A stretch of 64,000 bases of DNA, from positions 1 to 64,000 of the IMG/VR virus record IMGVR_UViG_3300043446_001144; one strand, 5' to 3'. This document shows, in pieces, positions 8,428-16,847 of the stretch. Made by a program: the position numbers and the translations under genes. Below the pieces are notes generated by a model. That model searched no databases and was not told where the DNA came from. It worked only from the letters and a program-made list of their open reading frames with translations. Origin of the DNA: a virus. The stretch's first letter is position 1, and each line of letters starts with the position of its first letter.

Positions 8428-8718
8428 TTAGTTTGCTGTAATGGCGAATACGATGGCGCTTATTTCACCATCACGGCTTTCAATTGTGGTGAATCCTGGC
8501 TTACATGTCAGGTCCATGCCACGAGGAGCAACGTAGCCACGAGAGATAGCGATTGCTTTGACTGCCTGATTTACTGCGCCAGCACCTACGGCACGCAATT
8601 TAACCTCATGTTTTTCATAAATTGCATGAGCAATTGCTGAAGCAACTGATTGAGGATTTGAGCCCGCACTTACTCGTAAAAAGGGTTCTTCTGTTGAAAC
8701 TGTTGGTTCTGTAGACAC
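8428..8718 (-). CDS. spoVS: SpoVS family (Alba-like fold) protein
   Basis: LRVSAGSNPQSVASAIA...RAVGAGAVNQAVKAIAISRG...CKPGF...ISAIVF signature. Confidence 0.9.
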   Translation of the reverse strand: MSTEPTVSTEEPFLRVSAGSNPQSVASAIAHAIYEKHEVKLRAVGAGAVNQAVKAIAISRGYVAPRGMDLTCKPGFTTIESRDGEISAIVFAITAN

Positions 8719-8773
8719 GGTTGTTAGTCCTTTGGTTTCGATATAATGCCGCTCCTAGGGCAACATGGTAAGA

Positions 8774-9352
8774 CTAATCTCGTGCTTGGTCTCGGTATTT
8801 GCTGTCCTGCATTTGCATAACTACAGATTCCTCTACCTTATCTGTAAAGATGTCAGCAGCCAGCCTTGCCAGGGCATACGAATCAGCAGCATTGTCGTCG
8901 TTGAACTCAACGCCCCATCTCTTGTACATCTGTAGGAGCATCTCCTGCTTCTTGGCATTTCCCTTACCTGCTGCATACTTCTTCAAGGTCATAGGAGGAA
9001 CCATTACTGGAAATTTAATATCGTCATCAAAGTAGTCGTAGATAGCCAGTTTTACTAGGGCCGATAATTCTCCAAGAACTAAAGCGGAATGACTGGCAAG
9101 AACTGTGCCTTCCATTGCAATCTTTTGTATTGGATGTTTTTCTGAAATATAATCAAGATGGTCAAACAAAAACTGACGAATGTCAGCAAGGCGTTCAACA
9201 CCAAAATACGGAGATTTGTAAACCCAAGTCATGTATTGCTTAGGGTCAGACACAGCCAATGCGGTAAACGCAAAACCAGTTAAAGACTGGTCTATACCTA
9301 TAGAAACTAACAGGTCTTTCTCTAATCCTGCATCAATTGACTTCGTTGGCAC
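8774..9352 (-). CDS. ruvC: RuvC-like Holliday junction resolvase
   Basis: IGIDQSLTGF, AMEG, PMTLKKYAAGKGNAKK, NAADSYALA; likely GTG start at 9352. Confidence 0.85.
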   Translation of the reverse strand: MPTKSIDAGLEKDLLVSIGIDQSLTGFAFTALAVSDPKQYMTWVYKSPYFGVERLADIRQFLFDHLDYISEKHPIQKIAMEGTVLASHSALVLGELSALVKLAIYDYFDDDIKFPVMVPPMTLKKYAAGKGNAKKQEMLLQMYKRWGVEFNDDNAADSYALARLAADIFTDKVEESVVMQMQDSKYRDQARD

Positions 9353-9617
9353 GGCGTTCCCTTTCAGTAATGACCATGTCAACAGTCCCAAGATATCCGG
9401 CGCCGTCTACTAGATTATCCCTCTTGTGTTTGTAAACTTCTCTTGCAATTTTGACCCATGCCATAGCAAGTCCAACTTGTTCTTCTGTTACAGGAATTCC
9501 AAAGATTACTTCCCAACCTTTTTTAATTCTTTCAAAATTATCTAATGGATGGTCGTAAGAAGCATTCCTTTCATTATTTATGAGTCGATGTGCTTCGGGA
9601 AGTACTGGCTCTGTCAT
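9333..9617 (-). CDS. DUF6378-like all-alpha protein (putative nucleotide pyrophosphatase)
   Basis: ER...YDHP..NF.RI...W...KIAR...DN.VD.AGY pattern. Confidence 0.7.
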   Translation of the reverse strand: MTEPVLPEAHRLINNERNASYDHPLDNFERIKKGWEVIFGIPVTEEQVGLAMAWVKIAREVYKHKRDNLVDGAGYLGTVDMVITERERRANEVN

Positions 9618-10072
9618 ACGAAGTCTCTCCTTGGTCCAACGGTAGTTCTGCGAGTAATTTCACGAGACACTAAGGTGATGTCACGTTCTTGGTTTGTCAA
9701 CATCATCTCAACCATCTTGCGATATGCGTACTGTTCTTCTAACTCTTCTTCTAACTTTACCACGGCATCATCAACTGCAATCTGTGCTCTAATAAGAGTG
9801 ACTTTATCAACTTTTGTTGCAGAACCCATTTTTTCAACAATTAATCTATTTATCTTTAAATCAAGCAAACGCTGTGCAGTGCGTTCAGCAATTTGTGCTT
9901 GAGCAAGTTGCGAGGCAGTGTAATCAGCCCACCCTGTTAAAACAGTAAACATCTCTGCCAACTGTTCGCTGCTTAAGGCAGTGATATCTGGGGGAAGAGT
10001 TACTAATTCGTATGAAGGTTTGGGAATATTCATTCCCTTTTCAACTAAGGTATCAAGTCGCATTGTTTGCAC
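9614..10072 (-). CDS. Helical protein, possibly a UvsY-like recombination mediator
   Basis: Long coiled helices; size and position in the recombination block. Confidence 0.4.
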   Translation of the reverse strand: MQTMRLDTLVEKGMNIPKPSYELVTLPPDITALSSEQLAEMFTVLTGWADYTASQLAQAQIAERTAQRLLDLKINRLIVEKMGSATKVDKVTLIRAQIAVDDAVVKLEEELEEQYAYRKMVEMMLTNQERDITLVSREITRRTTVGPRRDFV

Positions 10073-10875
10073 CCATCCTCCGATACGTTACAGGCTGGCA
10101 TCTTATCAACCTCTACCGCATCTACCACTTTCTTGGCTGCATTAAAAACTCTTTCTACTATTTCAAAGTTTGCTTTTACCGTGAACTCTCTGTAGTCCTG
10201 GTCTGCTTTAAGTTCATAAATAAAAACTATTTCTTTTGGCGCTTCATCTCCAAACATACGACGAGCAAGTTCTAGGTACATCTGACCCTGCAATAAGTGA
10301 CTTCGAAATGGTCTACGTATATTCTTCCAAGCCTTGGTCAAGTCATAGTTAGCATCAGCAAGAATATCTGGCGCTTCAAATCTTAAAGTTCCTGCTCCTA
10401 TAGATTTGATTTCTATTAAACAGTCTTCTCCAAGACCCTTAATCCAGCCATCGGCATGACCATGAATACGAAGTGATTCATCCTTTAATGGAACTTCCAG
10501 GTACTCATCTTCTGCGTCTACTTTAGATGAGACTTCCCATCCTTTACCAACTGGTCCATGCCACATTCCATACAGAACGCCCATTTCACGGAATCTGTTC
10601 TGCCATTTAGCGTGAATAGCGTGACCTTCATCAAAGATGTTTTGAAGTCTTAAAGATGGTTTTTCTTTCTTTGGAGCCCCACCTTTCAATAAATAAAAGG
10701 CATAACGGTGACACCAATCAGCCTTTATAATCTCTGATGGATGTAGAACGTCTGTTCTACGGTCACTTGGGGGCTTGAGTAAAAGATGTCTCTCGACATC
10801 GCCTAAAAGTCTGGTCTCAGTCTTCTTGGCATCCAAGAACTTCTTTAGGTCTTTCGACGCTTGAACTGGCATCAT
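10045..10875 (-). CDS. Cas4/RecB-like PD-(D/E)XK exonuclease with Fe-S Cys ligands
   Basis: PSE...C, GHAIH, GHADG, EIKS, QGQMY, C-x6-CxxC. Confidence 0.85.
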   Translation of the reverse strand: MMPVQASKDLKKFLDAKKTETRLLGDVERHLLLKPPSDRRTDVLHPSEIIKADWCHRYAFYLLKGGAPKKEKPSLRLQNIFDEGHAIHAKWQNRFREMGVLYGMWHGPVGKGWEVSSKVDAEDEYLEVPLKDESLRIHGHADGWIKGLGEDCLIEIKSIGAGTLRFEAPDILADANYDLTKAWKNIRRPFRSHLLQGQMYLELARRMFGDEAPKEIVFIYELKADQDYREFTVKANFEIVERVFNAAKKVVDAVEVDKMPACNVSEDGCKQCDLIP

Positions 10876-11189
10876 ACTTCCTTACTGAATATAAATTCTT
10901 TTAGGGTCATTTTCTTTTTATATTTCTTTTGCCACTTTCTTATGAGGGCGTTCCTCTCTCGATGAGAAAGACCTCCCCATATTCCGTGCGGTTCGTCTCG
11001 TGAGACTGCGTCCCATAAACACTCTGCTTTGACTGGACAATGGTTCTTTCCACTTTCACCAAAACAGAACGACTTCGCTTGACTAGCGATAATTTTGTAT
11101 TGGTTCTTGTCTCTTGGCGGGTAGAAGATATCGGTGTCTTCTCCTGAGCATCGGGCTTTATATCGCCAAGCGTACTCTGGTTCATCCAT
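10872..11189 (-). CDS. whiB: WhiB family transcription factor
   Basis: C...FYP...AKSFC...CPVKAEC...GIWGGL..RER. Confidence 0.92.
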   Translation of the reverse strand: MDEPEYAWRYKARCSGEDTDIFYPPRDKNQYKIIASQAKSFCFGESGKNHCPVKAECLWDAVSRDEPHGIWGGLSHRERNALIRKWQKKYKKKMTLKEFIFSKEV

Positions 11190-11192
11190 TTG

Positions 11193-11510
11193 TTAGGCAT
11201 CCTTTGTTTTATCCCTCATCTCAATGAAGTCATCCTCAAGCAGAATGACATAATCTTCCCCATCGAGATGAATACCAAGAACTGGCATTCGTCCTTCTAG
11301 GATTGCCTCTCTAACATTTTTCTTAAGCACGTCAGACTTTATAGTGAATTGTTTTTTACCAGTCCACTTATGTTCAATCAACAGGTCGGATGACCGAACA
11401 TCACCTTTACGTGCCCAAAGAGCCCCAGATGCAGCATTACGTTTTCCGCCAATCTTCTTGGCTAAACGCTTCTCGTGCTTCTGAGACTCTTTTTGCCCTT
11501 TACTCCTCAA
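11193..11510 (-). CDS. Hjc-like PD-(D/E)XK resolvase/endonuclease
   Basis: HEKRLAK...SGA...KGDV...IEHK; TTG start. Confidence 0.7.
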   Translation of the reverse strand: MRSKGQKESQKHEKRLAKKIGGKRNAASGALWARKGDVRSSDLLIEHKWTGKKQFTIKSDVLKKNVREAILEGRMPVLGIHLDGEDYVILLEDDFIEMRDKTKDA

Positions 11511-11742
11511 GTTCTATTTTGCCTTCCTGATGCCCTTTTAGCAACTTTGGAACAAGATAGAACATTGTCTCTCTCCAGAAACATCTGTTACAACCACAGA
11601 ATGGTTCTCCAGATACTGTTTCCGAAATCTCTTCTTCTGTACCTTCATAAATGGCTTCGAACAGCATGTCTGTATAACTTTCTACACCACGCTCTAATTC
11701 TTCTGCCCATTTTTCATCATTGATGAAGAACCCGTTACTCAT
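11500..11742 (-). CDS. Small acidic Cys-motif protein
   Basis: ATG 11742 overlaps the recA stop; FCGCNRC. Confidence 0.7.
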   Translation of the reverse strand: MSNGFFINDEKWAEELERGVESYTDMLFEAIYEGTEEEISETVSGEPFCGCNRCFWRETMFYLVPKLLKGHQEGKIELEE

Positions 11743-12781
11743 CAACACCCACCACAATGGAGTCGGTTGATTCAAGGACAGTCTTTTCAAGTTCTTCCTT
11801 GAGGTCAATCTCGCTACGGAGGCTATCAATAACTGGTTCGATTCCTTGCCACTTTCTTTCGCCATAGTAATACCATCCACCTTTGCGTTCTATCAATCCC
11901 TTTACTACTGCGAGAGACGCGATTTCTTTAGCGAAATCATATTCTCCAGGAAGGCAAGGGCCGCCTTCTGAGAAGTAAAAGTCAAAGTATGCAACTCTTT
12001 GTGGGGGCGCCGTTTTGTTCTTAAGAGTCCTAACCTTGATTCTTTGCCCGATTCTGACTTTATTGTTACCCGAACCAAGTTCAATCCATTCATCTCTACG
12101 GATTTCACATCTAGTAAAAAATGCATAATTCTTTCCTTCACCTCCAGGAGTAGTGCGAGGGTCTCCATGCATTACACCAATCTTCATACGATATTGATTT
12201 ATAACTATTCCTAGTACGGGACGTTCTGCCTCAACAAGACTTCTCTTCATTGCAGTACCTACAACTCGAAAGAACTTATTGGTTAGCAAGGCTCCCTTAC
12301 CTACGGTTGCTTCATCCATTGTTTTTTCTAACTCAGGAGAAGGTGAAAGGGCTGGAAGAGAATCAATTACAATCGCATCCACAGATTTAGACTCAGCAAA
12401 AGCAATAACTGCATCATATGCTTCTTCCATAACTGATGTTTCGACCACGATAACTCTGCTGGTATCTACGCCACACATTTCCGCGTAATCTGGAACCCAT
12501 TGTTCTGCTGCTACCCATACAGTTGTAAAATTTGGATTTTTTAATTGATTAGCAGCAATTGCTTTTAACGCTACAGCAGTTTTACCATGAGAAGGTTCAC
12601 CAATTAATTCGTTCCATTGATTACCAGGAAACCCACCACCAAGAACATAGTCAAGAGTTGTAGAACCACTGGTAAGCCTAGGTACAAGGTCAGGACGAAT
12701 ATCAGAGGCAAATACAACAACCCCATCACCAAATTTTTTATTAAGTTGAGCAACGATTTTTTTCGCTTCATCGGCAATCAT
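11735..12781 (-). CDS. recA: RecA recombinase
   Basis: GEPSHGKT Walker A, IVIDSL, INQYRMKIGVMHGDPRTTPGG, VRTLKNK, GGWYYY. Confidence 0.95.
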   Translation of the reverse strand: MIADEAKKIVAQLNKKFGDGVVVFASDIRPDLVPRLTSGSTTLDYVLGGGFPGNQWNELIGEPSHGKTAVALKAIAANQLKNPNFTTVWVAAEQWVPDYAEMCGVDTSRVIVVETSVMEEAYDAVIAFAESKSVDAIVIDSLPALSPSPELEKTMDEATVGKGALLTNKFFRVVGTAMKRSLVEAERPVLGIVINQYRMKIGVMHGDPRTTPGGEGKNYAFFTRCEIRRDEWIELGSGNNKVRIGQRIKVRTLKNKTAPPQRVAYFDFYFSEGGPCLPGEYDFAKEIASLAVVKGLIERKGGWYYYGERKWQGIEPVIDSLRSEIDLKEELEKTVLESTDSIVVGVDE

Positions 12782-13158
12782 CCATCAATCCTTCCAATAA
12801 TTTGTTGAGGGTTAAAATTATTTGTAACATCATTTCCACGAGCGCTCTTTGTTGTGCCTTCTACTTTTGCCCCTGTTAAAGAGCCATACCTACTTCCTGA
12901 CTGTTCTAAAGGATACCCACAGTCATAGCAACGAAGTTTTGCTCCAGAAACGCTCATATAGTTATTAGAAGAACAATTTGGACAAGATTGATTTTGCGTA
13001 GCGCTCTGCGCTTTTGAAACAACAGGGTTAACCTGGGGTTGAGGAGGAGTATAAGGAGTCATCGGTTGTTGAGATGGAGGCATCGGAGTATTGGAAGGAC
13101 GAGGCTGTTGTGCTGGCTGTTGTCCTAATTTGTTTGCCCACCAGTTTGCGTTACTCAT
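12778..13158 (-). CDS. Pro/Gln-rich Zn-ribbon protein
   Basis: CPNC...CYDC; ATG 13158 overlaps the polA stop. Confidence 0.7.
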   Translation of the reverse strand: MSNANWWANKLGQQPAQQPRPSNTPMPPSQQPMTPYTPPQPQVNPVVSKAQSATQNQSCPNCSSNNYMSVSGAKLRCYDCGYPLEQSGSRYGSLTGAKVEGTTKSARGNDVTNNFNPQQIIGRIDG

Positions 13159-15160
13159 CTTTTGCTTCTCCCCACTTGTCGACAATCTTTGCTTCAGCAA
13201 TGAGCGGAACTGTAATCTCTGGAAGGCGAATTCCTTCCATTGACTCGCGGATTGCTTCTGCTACATCCTCCGCTAAATCTTCACGAGCAACGGTAACCAA
13301 CTCGTCGTGTACGGTCAAAATGACGTTGGCTCCTGGCTCATCGACAAAACAGGAGTGAGCCCTGACAATAGCCAATTTCATAATATCTGCTGCAGAACCT
13401 TGAATAACGGTGTTAAAGGCTTGTCGCTCCGCTCTGGACTTAAGTCCTTGGTCTCGACTTTTAAGGTCAGGTATATACCGACGACGACCAAACAGGGTAG
13501 ACACATAAGGAGTAGGTGTCTGAGCAGCAGCCATACGAATAACTCGTGCTCGATACTTTGAGATGTCATTAAATTGTTTACTGAAACGGTCTAATAAGTC
13601 TTTAGCGTCTTTTACGCTACACCCTACACTCTGAGCAATCTTCTCTGGCCCAACGCCGTAGGACATCGCTAAAACAAGAACTTTTCCGGCCTTACGGTCT
13701 ACTCCCATCGTGTTACCAATAGTGGTGTAGATATCTCCTCCTTCTAAATAGTTCTTCATCATAATCGGGTCACCAGAAAACGAGGCAATGATGCGGGGTT
13801 CAATTTGAGAATAATCAGCAACCACTAGTTTATGACCTGGTGGTGCAATAAACAGGTTCCTAATTAACTTACCATAGTCTCCACCACTAGGAATGTTTTG
13901 TAGGTTCGGGTCGCTACTGGAAAAACGCCCTGTCTCTGCTCCATGGGATTTAAAGTTTGTATGCACTTTGCCATTTATTAAAAGCGATTTCTTTTCGCTA
14001 ACTTTTGTTTTGCCCATGACAGTATGAGTAACTTCGCCACCAAGATATGGCATTACATAAGTTGTCATTAACTTATTTAAATCTTGATATTCAAGAATGG
14101 CGTCTACGAGTTCATCCTTGCTGCGATAAAACTCCAAAGCATCAGATGATACAGAATAGTGCTGTATATCTAATTTCATGGGATTAGTCATAGCCATTTC
14201 TTGACCTTTGGCTGTCAAAGCAATCTTAATACGAAGGTTAGGCTTTATTCCTCGACCACCCTCTTCTTTAGGAGAGAACAACAATTTCTGCTTCTCCTGC
14301 ACAGAGTTCATGGCAAATGGCTTTCCAACTAATTTCCAAGCCTTTGCTTTAGCGTTATCTAAATCCTTTTCAAGACGCTTCTTTAACTGTGTCAATTCAT
14401 CAACGTCTATGTTTGCCCCAGTGAGTTCCATGTCGCAGAGAGACGCGACCACGTCCATCTCTAGACCCCAGACACGTTTTAGGTCTCCCTCTAATTTAGG
14501 CTCTAGAACCTTGTATAACTGCCATGTTGCGTCAGCATCTAGTCCTGAGTATTTAGCAACATCACTAAAAGAATGTACCTCTACCTGTGCTCCAACGCCC
14601 TTTTCAACAGTCAATCCAAGTTCACGCTTGGCGCAGTCTGCCAACCCTAAAAATCCACGATTACGATTGTTGATGATAAAAGACGCCATCATTGTGTCAA
14701 AGAATGGTTTATTAGGAACGTTGCCTCTGTAATACTTTGCAATTGACTTTAAATCAAACTTTACATTGTGACCAATCTTTAATTTGTCACTAAAGAACAA
14801 CGGGTGTAACGCCTTGAACACGTCTCCAGGAAGCAACTGCTCAGGAGCGGGGCCGAATACTGGTTTCCATTTCGCCTGATTCTTTGAATAATCGGTATCT
14901 CTTACTTCTTTGCCAGCAGCAATCTTGCGCTGACCACTCAATAGTAATTCCTTGTCCCAATTTAAAAATTCACCATTTGGATGACCCATAGGTATAACAT
15001 CAACGCGACCATCTGTTGCTAAAGAAATCCAAAGCACATCATTAACCACAGGCTGGATACGGTCTTCACCAACAGACTCAATATCAAATGCAAATGCGGG
15101 TTGCTTTTTGTAATACGCAACCAAATCTTCAAGTTGTTCTTTTGTTGTAATGATATTCAT
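13151..15160 (-). CDS. polA: Family A DNA polymerase (3'-5' exonuclease plus polymerase; no 5'-3' exonuclease)
   Basis: DIE, GHNVKFD, YSGLDA, TGRFSSSDPNLQNIP, ADYSQIEPR, R-x3-K-x7-YG, IQGSAAD, VHDE. Confidence 0.95.
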   Translation of the reverse strand: MNIITTKEQLEDLVAYYKKQPAFAFDIESVGEDRIQPVVNDVLWISLATDGRVDVIPMGHPNGEFLNWDKELLLSGQRKIAAGKEVRDTDYSKNQAKWKPVFGPAPEQLLPGDVFKALHPLFFSDKLKIGHNVKFDLKSIAKYYRGNVPNKPFFDTMMASFIINNRNRGFLGLADCAKRELGLTVEKGVGAQVEVHSFSDVAKYSGLDADATWQLYKVLEPKLEGDLKRVWGLEMDVVASLCDMELTGANIDVDELTQLKKRLEKDLDNAKAKAWKLVGKPFAMNSVQEKQKLLFSPKEEGGRGIKPNLRIKIALTAKGQEMAMTNPMKLDIQHYSVSSDALEFYRSKDELVDAILEYQDLNKLMTTYVMPYLGGEVTHTVMGKTKVSEKKSLLINGKVHTNFKSHGAETGRFSSSDPNLQNIPSGGDYGKLIRNLFIAPPGHKLVVADYSQIEPRIIASFSGDPIMMKNYLEGGDIYTTIGNTMGVDRKAGKVLVLAMSYGVGPEKIAQSVGCSVKDAKDLLDRFSKQFNDISKYRARVIRMAAAQTPTPYVSTLFGRRRYIPDLKSRDQGLKSRAERQAFNTVIQGSAADIMKLAIVRAHSCFVDEPGANVILTVHDELVTVAREDLAEDVAEAIRESMEGIRLPEITVPLIAEAKIVDKWGEAKDE

Positions 15161-15166
15161 AAAACC

Positions 15167-15211
15167 CTCTCTTTAAGTAAGAGAGCCTGTAATGGAGGTA
15201 ACAGGCTCTCT
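15167..15211 (-). promoter_or_regulatory. Two overlapping, mutually exclusive hairpins in the polA leader
   Basis: 11-bp stem 15180-15190/15201-15211; alternative 7-bp stem 15167-15173/15179-15185 covers the polA SD. Confidence 0.55.
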
Positions 15212-15225
15212 CACGTGGAAACGAA

Positions 15226-15873
15226 CTAAGCGATTGAACGAGCAACTTCCAGTAGTTCAGAGCGAGGGGTCTCTCGAATTACTTCGGCTGTATAAGGTTC
15301 AGCGGCTGCTACGAGTTCATTGACCGCATCAGCGTTTAGTTTCCACTCCTCGGCAAGGTCACGACCACGGACGAAGTTGAGGGTGTACTGCGTCGTTGGT
15401 CCTGTTCCAAGTCGAGAAATCTCCCAGAACTCTTTTGAAAGAGGTCCTTTGCGCTCATCGTCATGCGCTTTCTTAATCTGACGAGCCAATGATGGTGGTG
15501 CAGTAAGAATCTGTACGCCCTGCATTTCACCACTAAGTACTAGCACATTGAATGAAAACTTGCCACGAGGCTTATCCCCAAGAATGTCACACAGTGGGCA
15601 GTTTTCTCCAATACATACAAAAGATTTTTTACCCTTTGGGCGTTCAATCCAGTGTTGTTCATAAGTTGCAAATGGAGAGTCTTCGAGGAACTTTACAAGT
15701 TGTGGTTCCTCGGAGAAACGGAAGTCAGTTGGGAACTCAGTTGAGTCTGACTTAAGAAGTGCATCAACGGCATCCCAGCCCTGTTGCACGGTAGTTCCAA
15801 CCTTTGGTTGGGCTGTTTCACTATCTTCATCAAGATAGTTTTCAGCATTTACTGCTGGTTTTGTAATTGGCAT
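15226..15873 (-). CDS. Single-stranded DNA-binding protein (gp32-like, Zn site)
   Basis: VKFL...QHWI...FVCIGENCPLCD...SRLGTGPTTQY; AAGGAA RBS before ATG 15873. Confidence 0.75.
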   Translation of the reverse strand: MPITKPAVNAENYLDEDSETAQPKVGTTVQQGWDAVDALLKSDSTEFPTDFRFSEEPQLVKFLEDSPFATYEQHWIERPKGKKSFVCIGENCPLCDILGDKPRGKFSFNVLVLSGEMQGVQILTAPPSLARQIKKAHDDERKGPLSKEFWEISRLGTGPTTQYTLNFVRGRDLAEEWKLNADAVNELVAAAEPYTAEVIRETPRSELLEVARSIA

Positions 15874-15924
15874 GTTTTCCTTTAGGTAGTGAGGCACGGA
15901 ACAACCCTGTATCTCTGTACAAAA

Positions 15925-16407
15925 TTATTGCTGCTGGCTCTCTGTGGATGTGATGTCCTTCCAGCGCTTTACTAAAGCATCTGTAAGGTCTTCGTGTTGG
16001 CTCCATTCTACACGAGCAGAGCCAAGTAGGTTTCGTCGAGAAAACTCATCGATAGCAGCCTCTATAAGAGTGCGAGTATAAACCCGATTTCCTCCAGTTT
16101 TTTGACCTTTTAAAGTCTTAGACCGAAGTCGATACGGGGCACGTGGAATGTATCCTTTGCGCTCCCATAGACGGACTGTGACAATCGTCTTTTCCAAGGC
16201 TTGTGCTAACGCACCAATGGTAAAGACTTCTGTTTCTTTTCCACCTAATGTTTTAATGATTGGGGTTTCATCCCAACCATTTGTCTCACCGCTTTTACGG
16301 CGAGAAACCTTTGGGTCTGGTTCTCTTCTTTTCTTTTTAGAACCAGGAATGTATTCGAGGTCTCTAAAGGCCTCGATAATCTCGTCTTCTCCTCGTAATC
16401 CTGCCAT
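15925..16407 (-). CDS. MerR-like HTH DNA-binding protein
   Basis: FTIGALAQAL...TVRLWERKGYIP...RVYT. Confidence 0.75.
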   Translation of the reverse strand: MAGLRGEDEIIEAFRDLEYIPGSKKKRREPDPKVSRRKSGETNGWDETPIIKTLGGKETEVFTIGALAQALEKTIVTVRLWERKGYIPRAPYRLRSKTLKGQKTGGNRVYTRTLIEAAIDEFSRRNLLGSARVEWSQHEDLTDALVKRWKDITSTESQQQ

Positions 16408-16409
16408 GG

Positions 16410-16847
16410 CTATCTCTTGTTCATCACCAATGCCCAGACAACGGATTGCGGATACATTTCATCAATCTCTTCTTCAGTCAACTCATCGTTATACAGAGCA
16501 GCCATAAGAGCATCCTCATCAATAACTTCTACAATCTTTACAAGTTTGTCACGGAGTCCTTTTTCTTCAATGAGGTCAAAAGCAATATCTTCATCAATCT
16601 TTCGAGATACTCGACGTTGTTTGGTGATAGCAACAAAGCCTTCAATTTCTTCTGGCAATTCAAGGACGATGTTTCCTTTGTCATCTTGTTCGCCACGTTC
16701 TTCAACATGTTCAAAAATTTCTTGTTTTAAATCTTTTAATTTTTTTTCAAAATATTCCACCTGCTTTTTTGCAAACGCATACTCTTTTGCTTGAGCAATT
16801 AACTCATCTTTGTTCATGCGTGGTTCTACTTCAGATACTCGTGCCAT
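16410..16847 (-). CDS. Acidic coiled-coil protein (Gam/Gp157-like?)
   Basis: N-terminal coiled coil, IDEDAL motif; GGAGGGG RBS. Confidence 0.5.
   Translation of the reverse strand: MARVSEVEPRMNKDELIAQAKEYAFAKKQVEYFEKKLKDLKQEIFEHVEERGEQDDKGNIVLELPEEIEGFVAITKQRRVSRKIDEDIAFDLIEEKGLRDKLVKIVEVIDEDALMAALYNDELTEEEIDEMYPQSVVWALVMNKR

Noticed and set aside
10045-10875. Cas4-like gene as evidence of a CRISPR-Cas system
   Set aside because: No other cas genes or repeat-spacer array in the window; solo Cas4-like nucleases are ordinary in phage recombination blocks.
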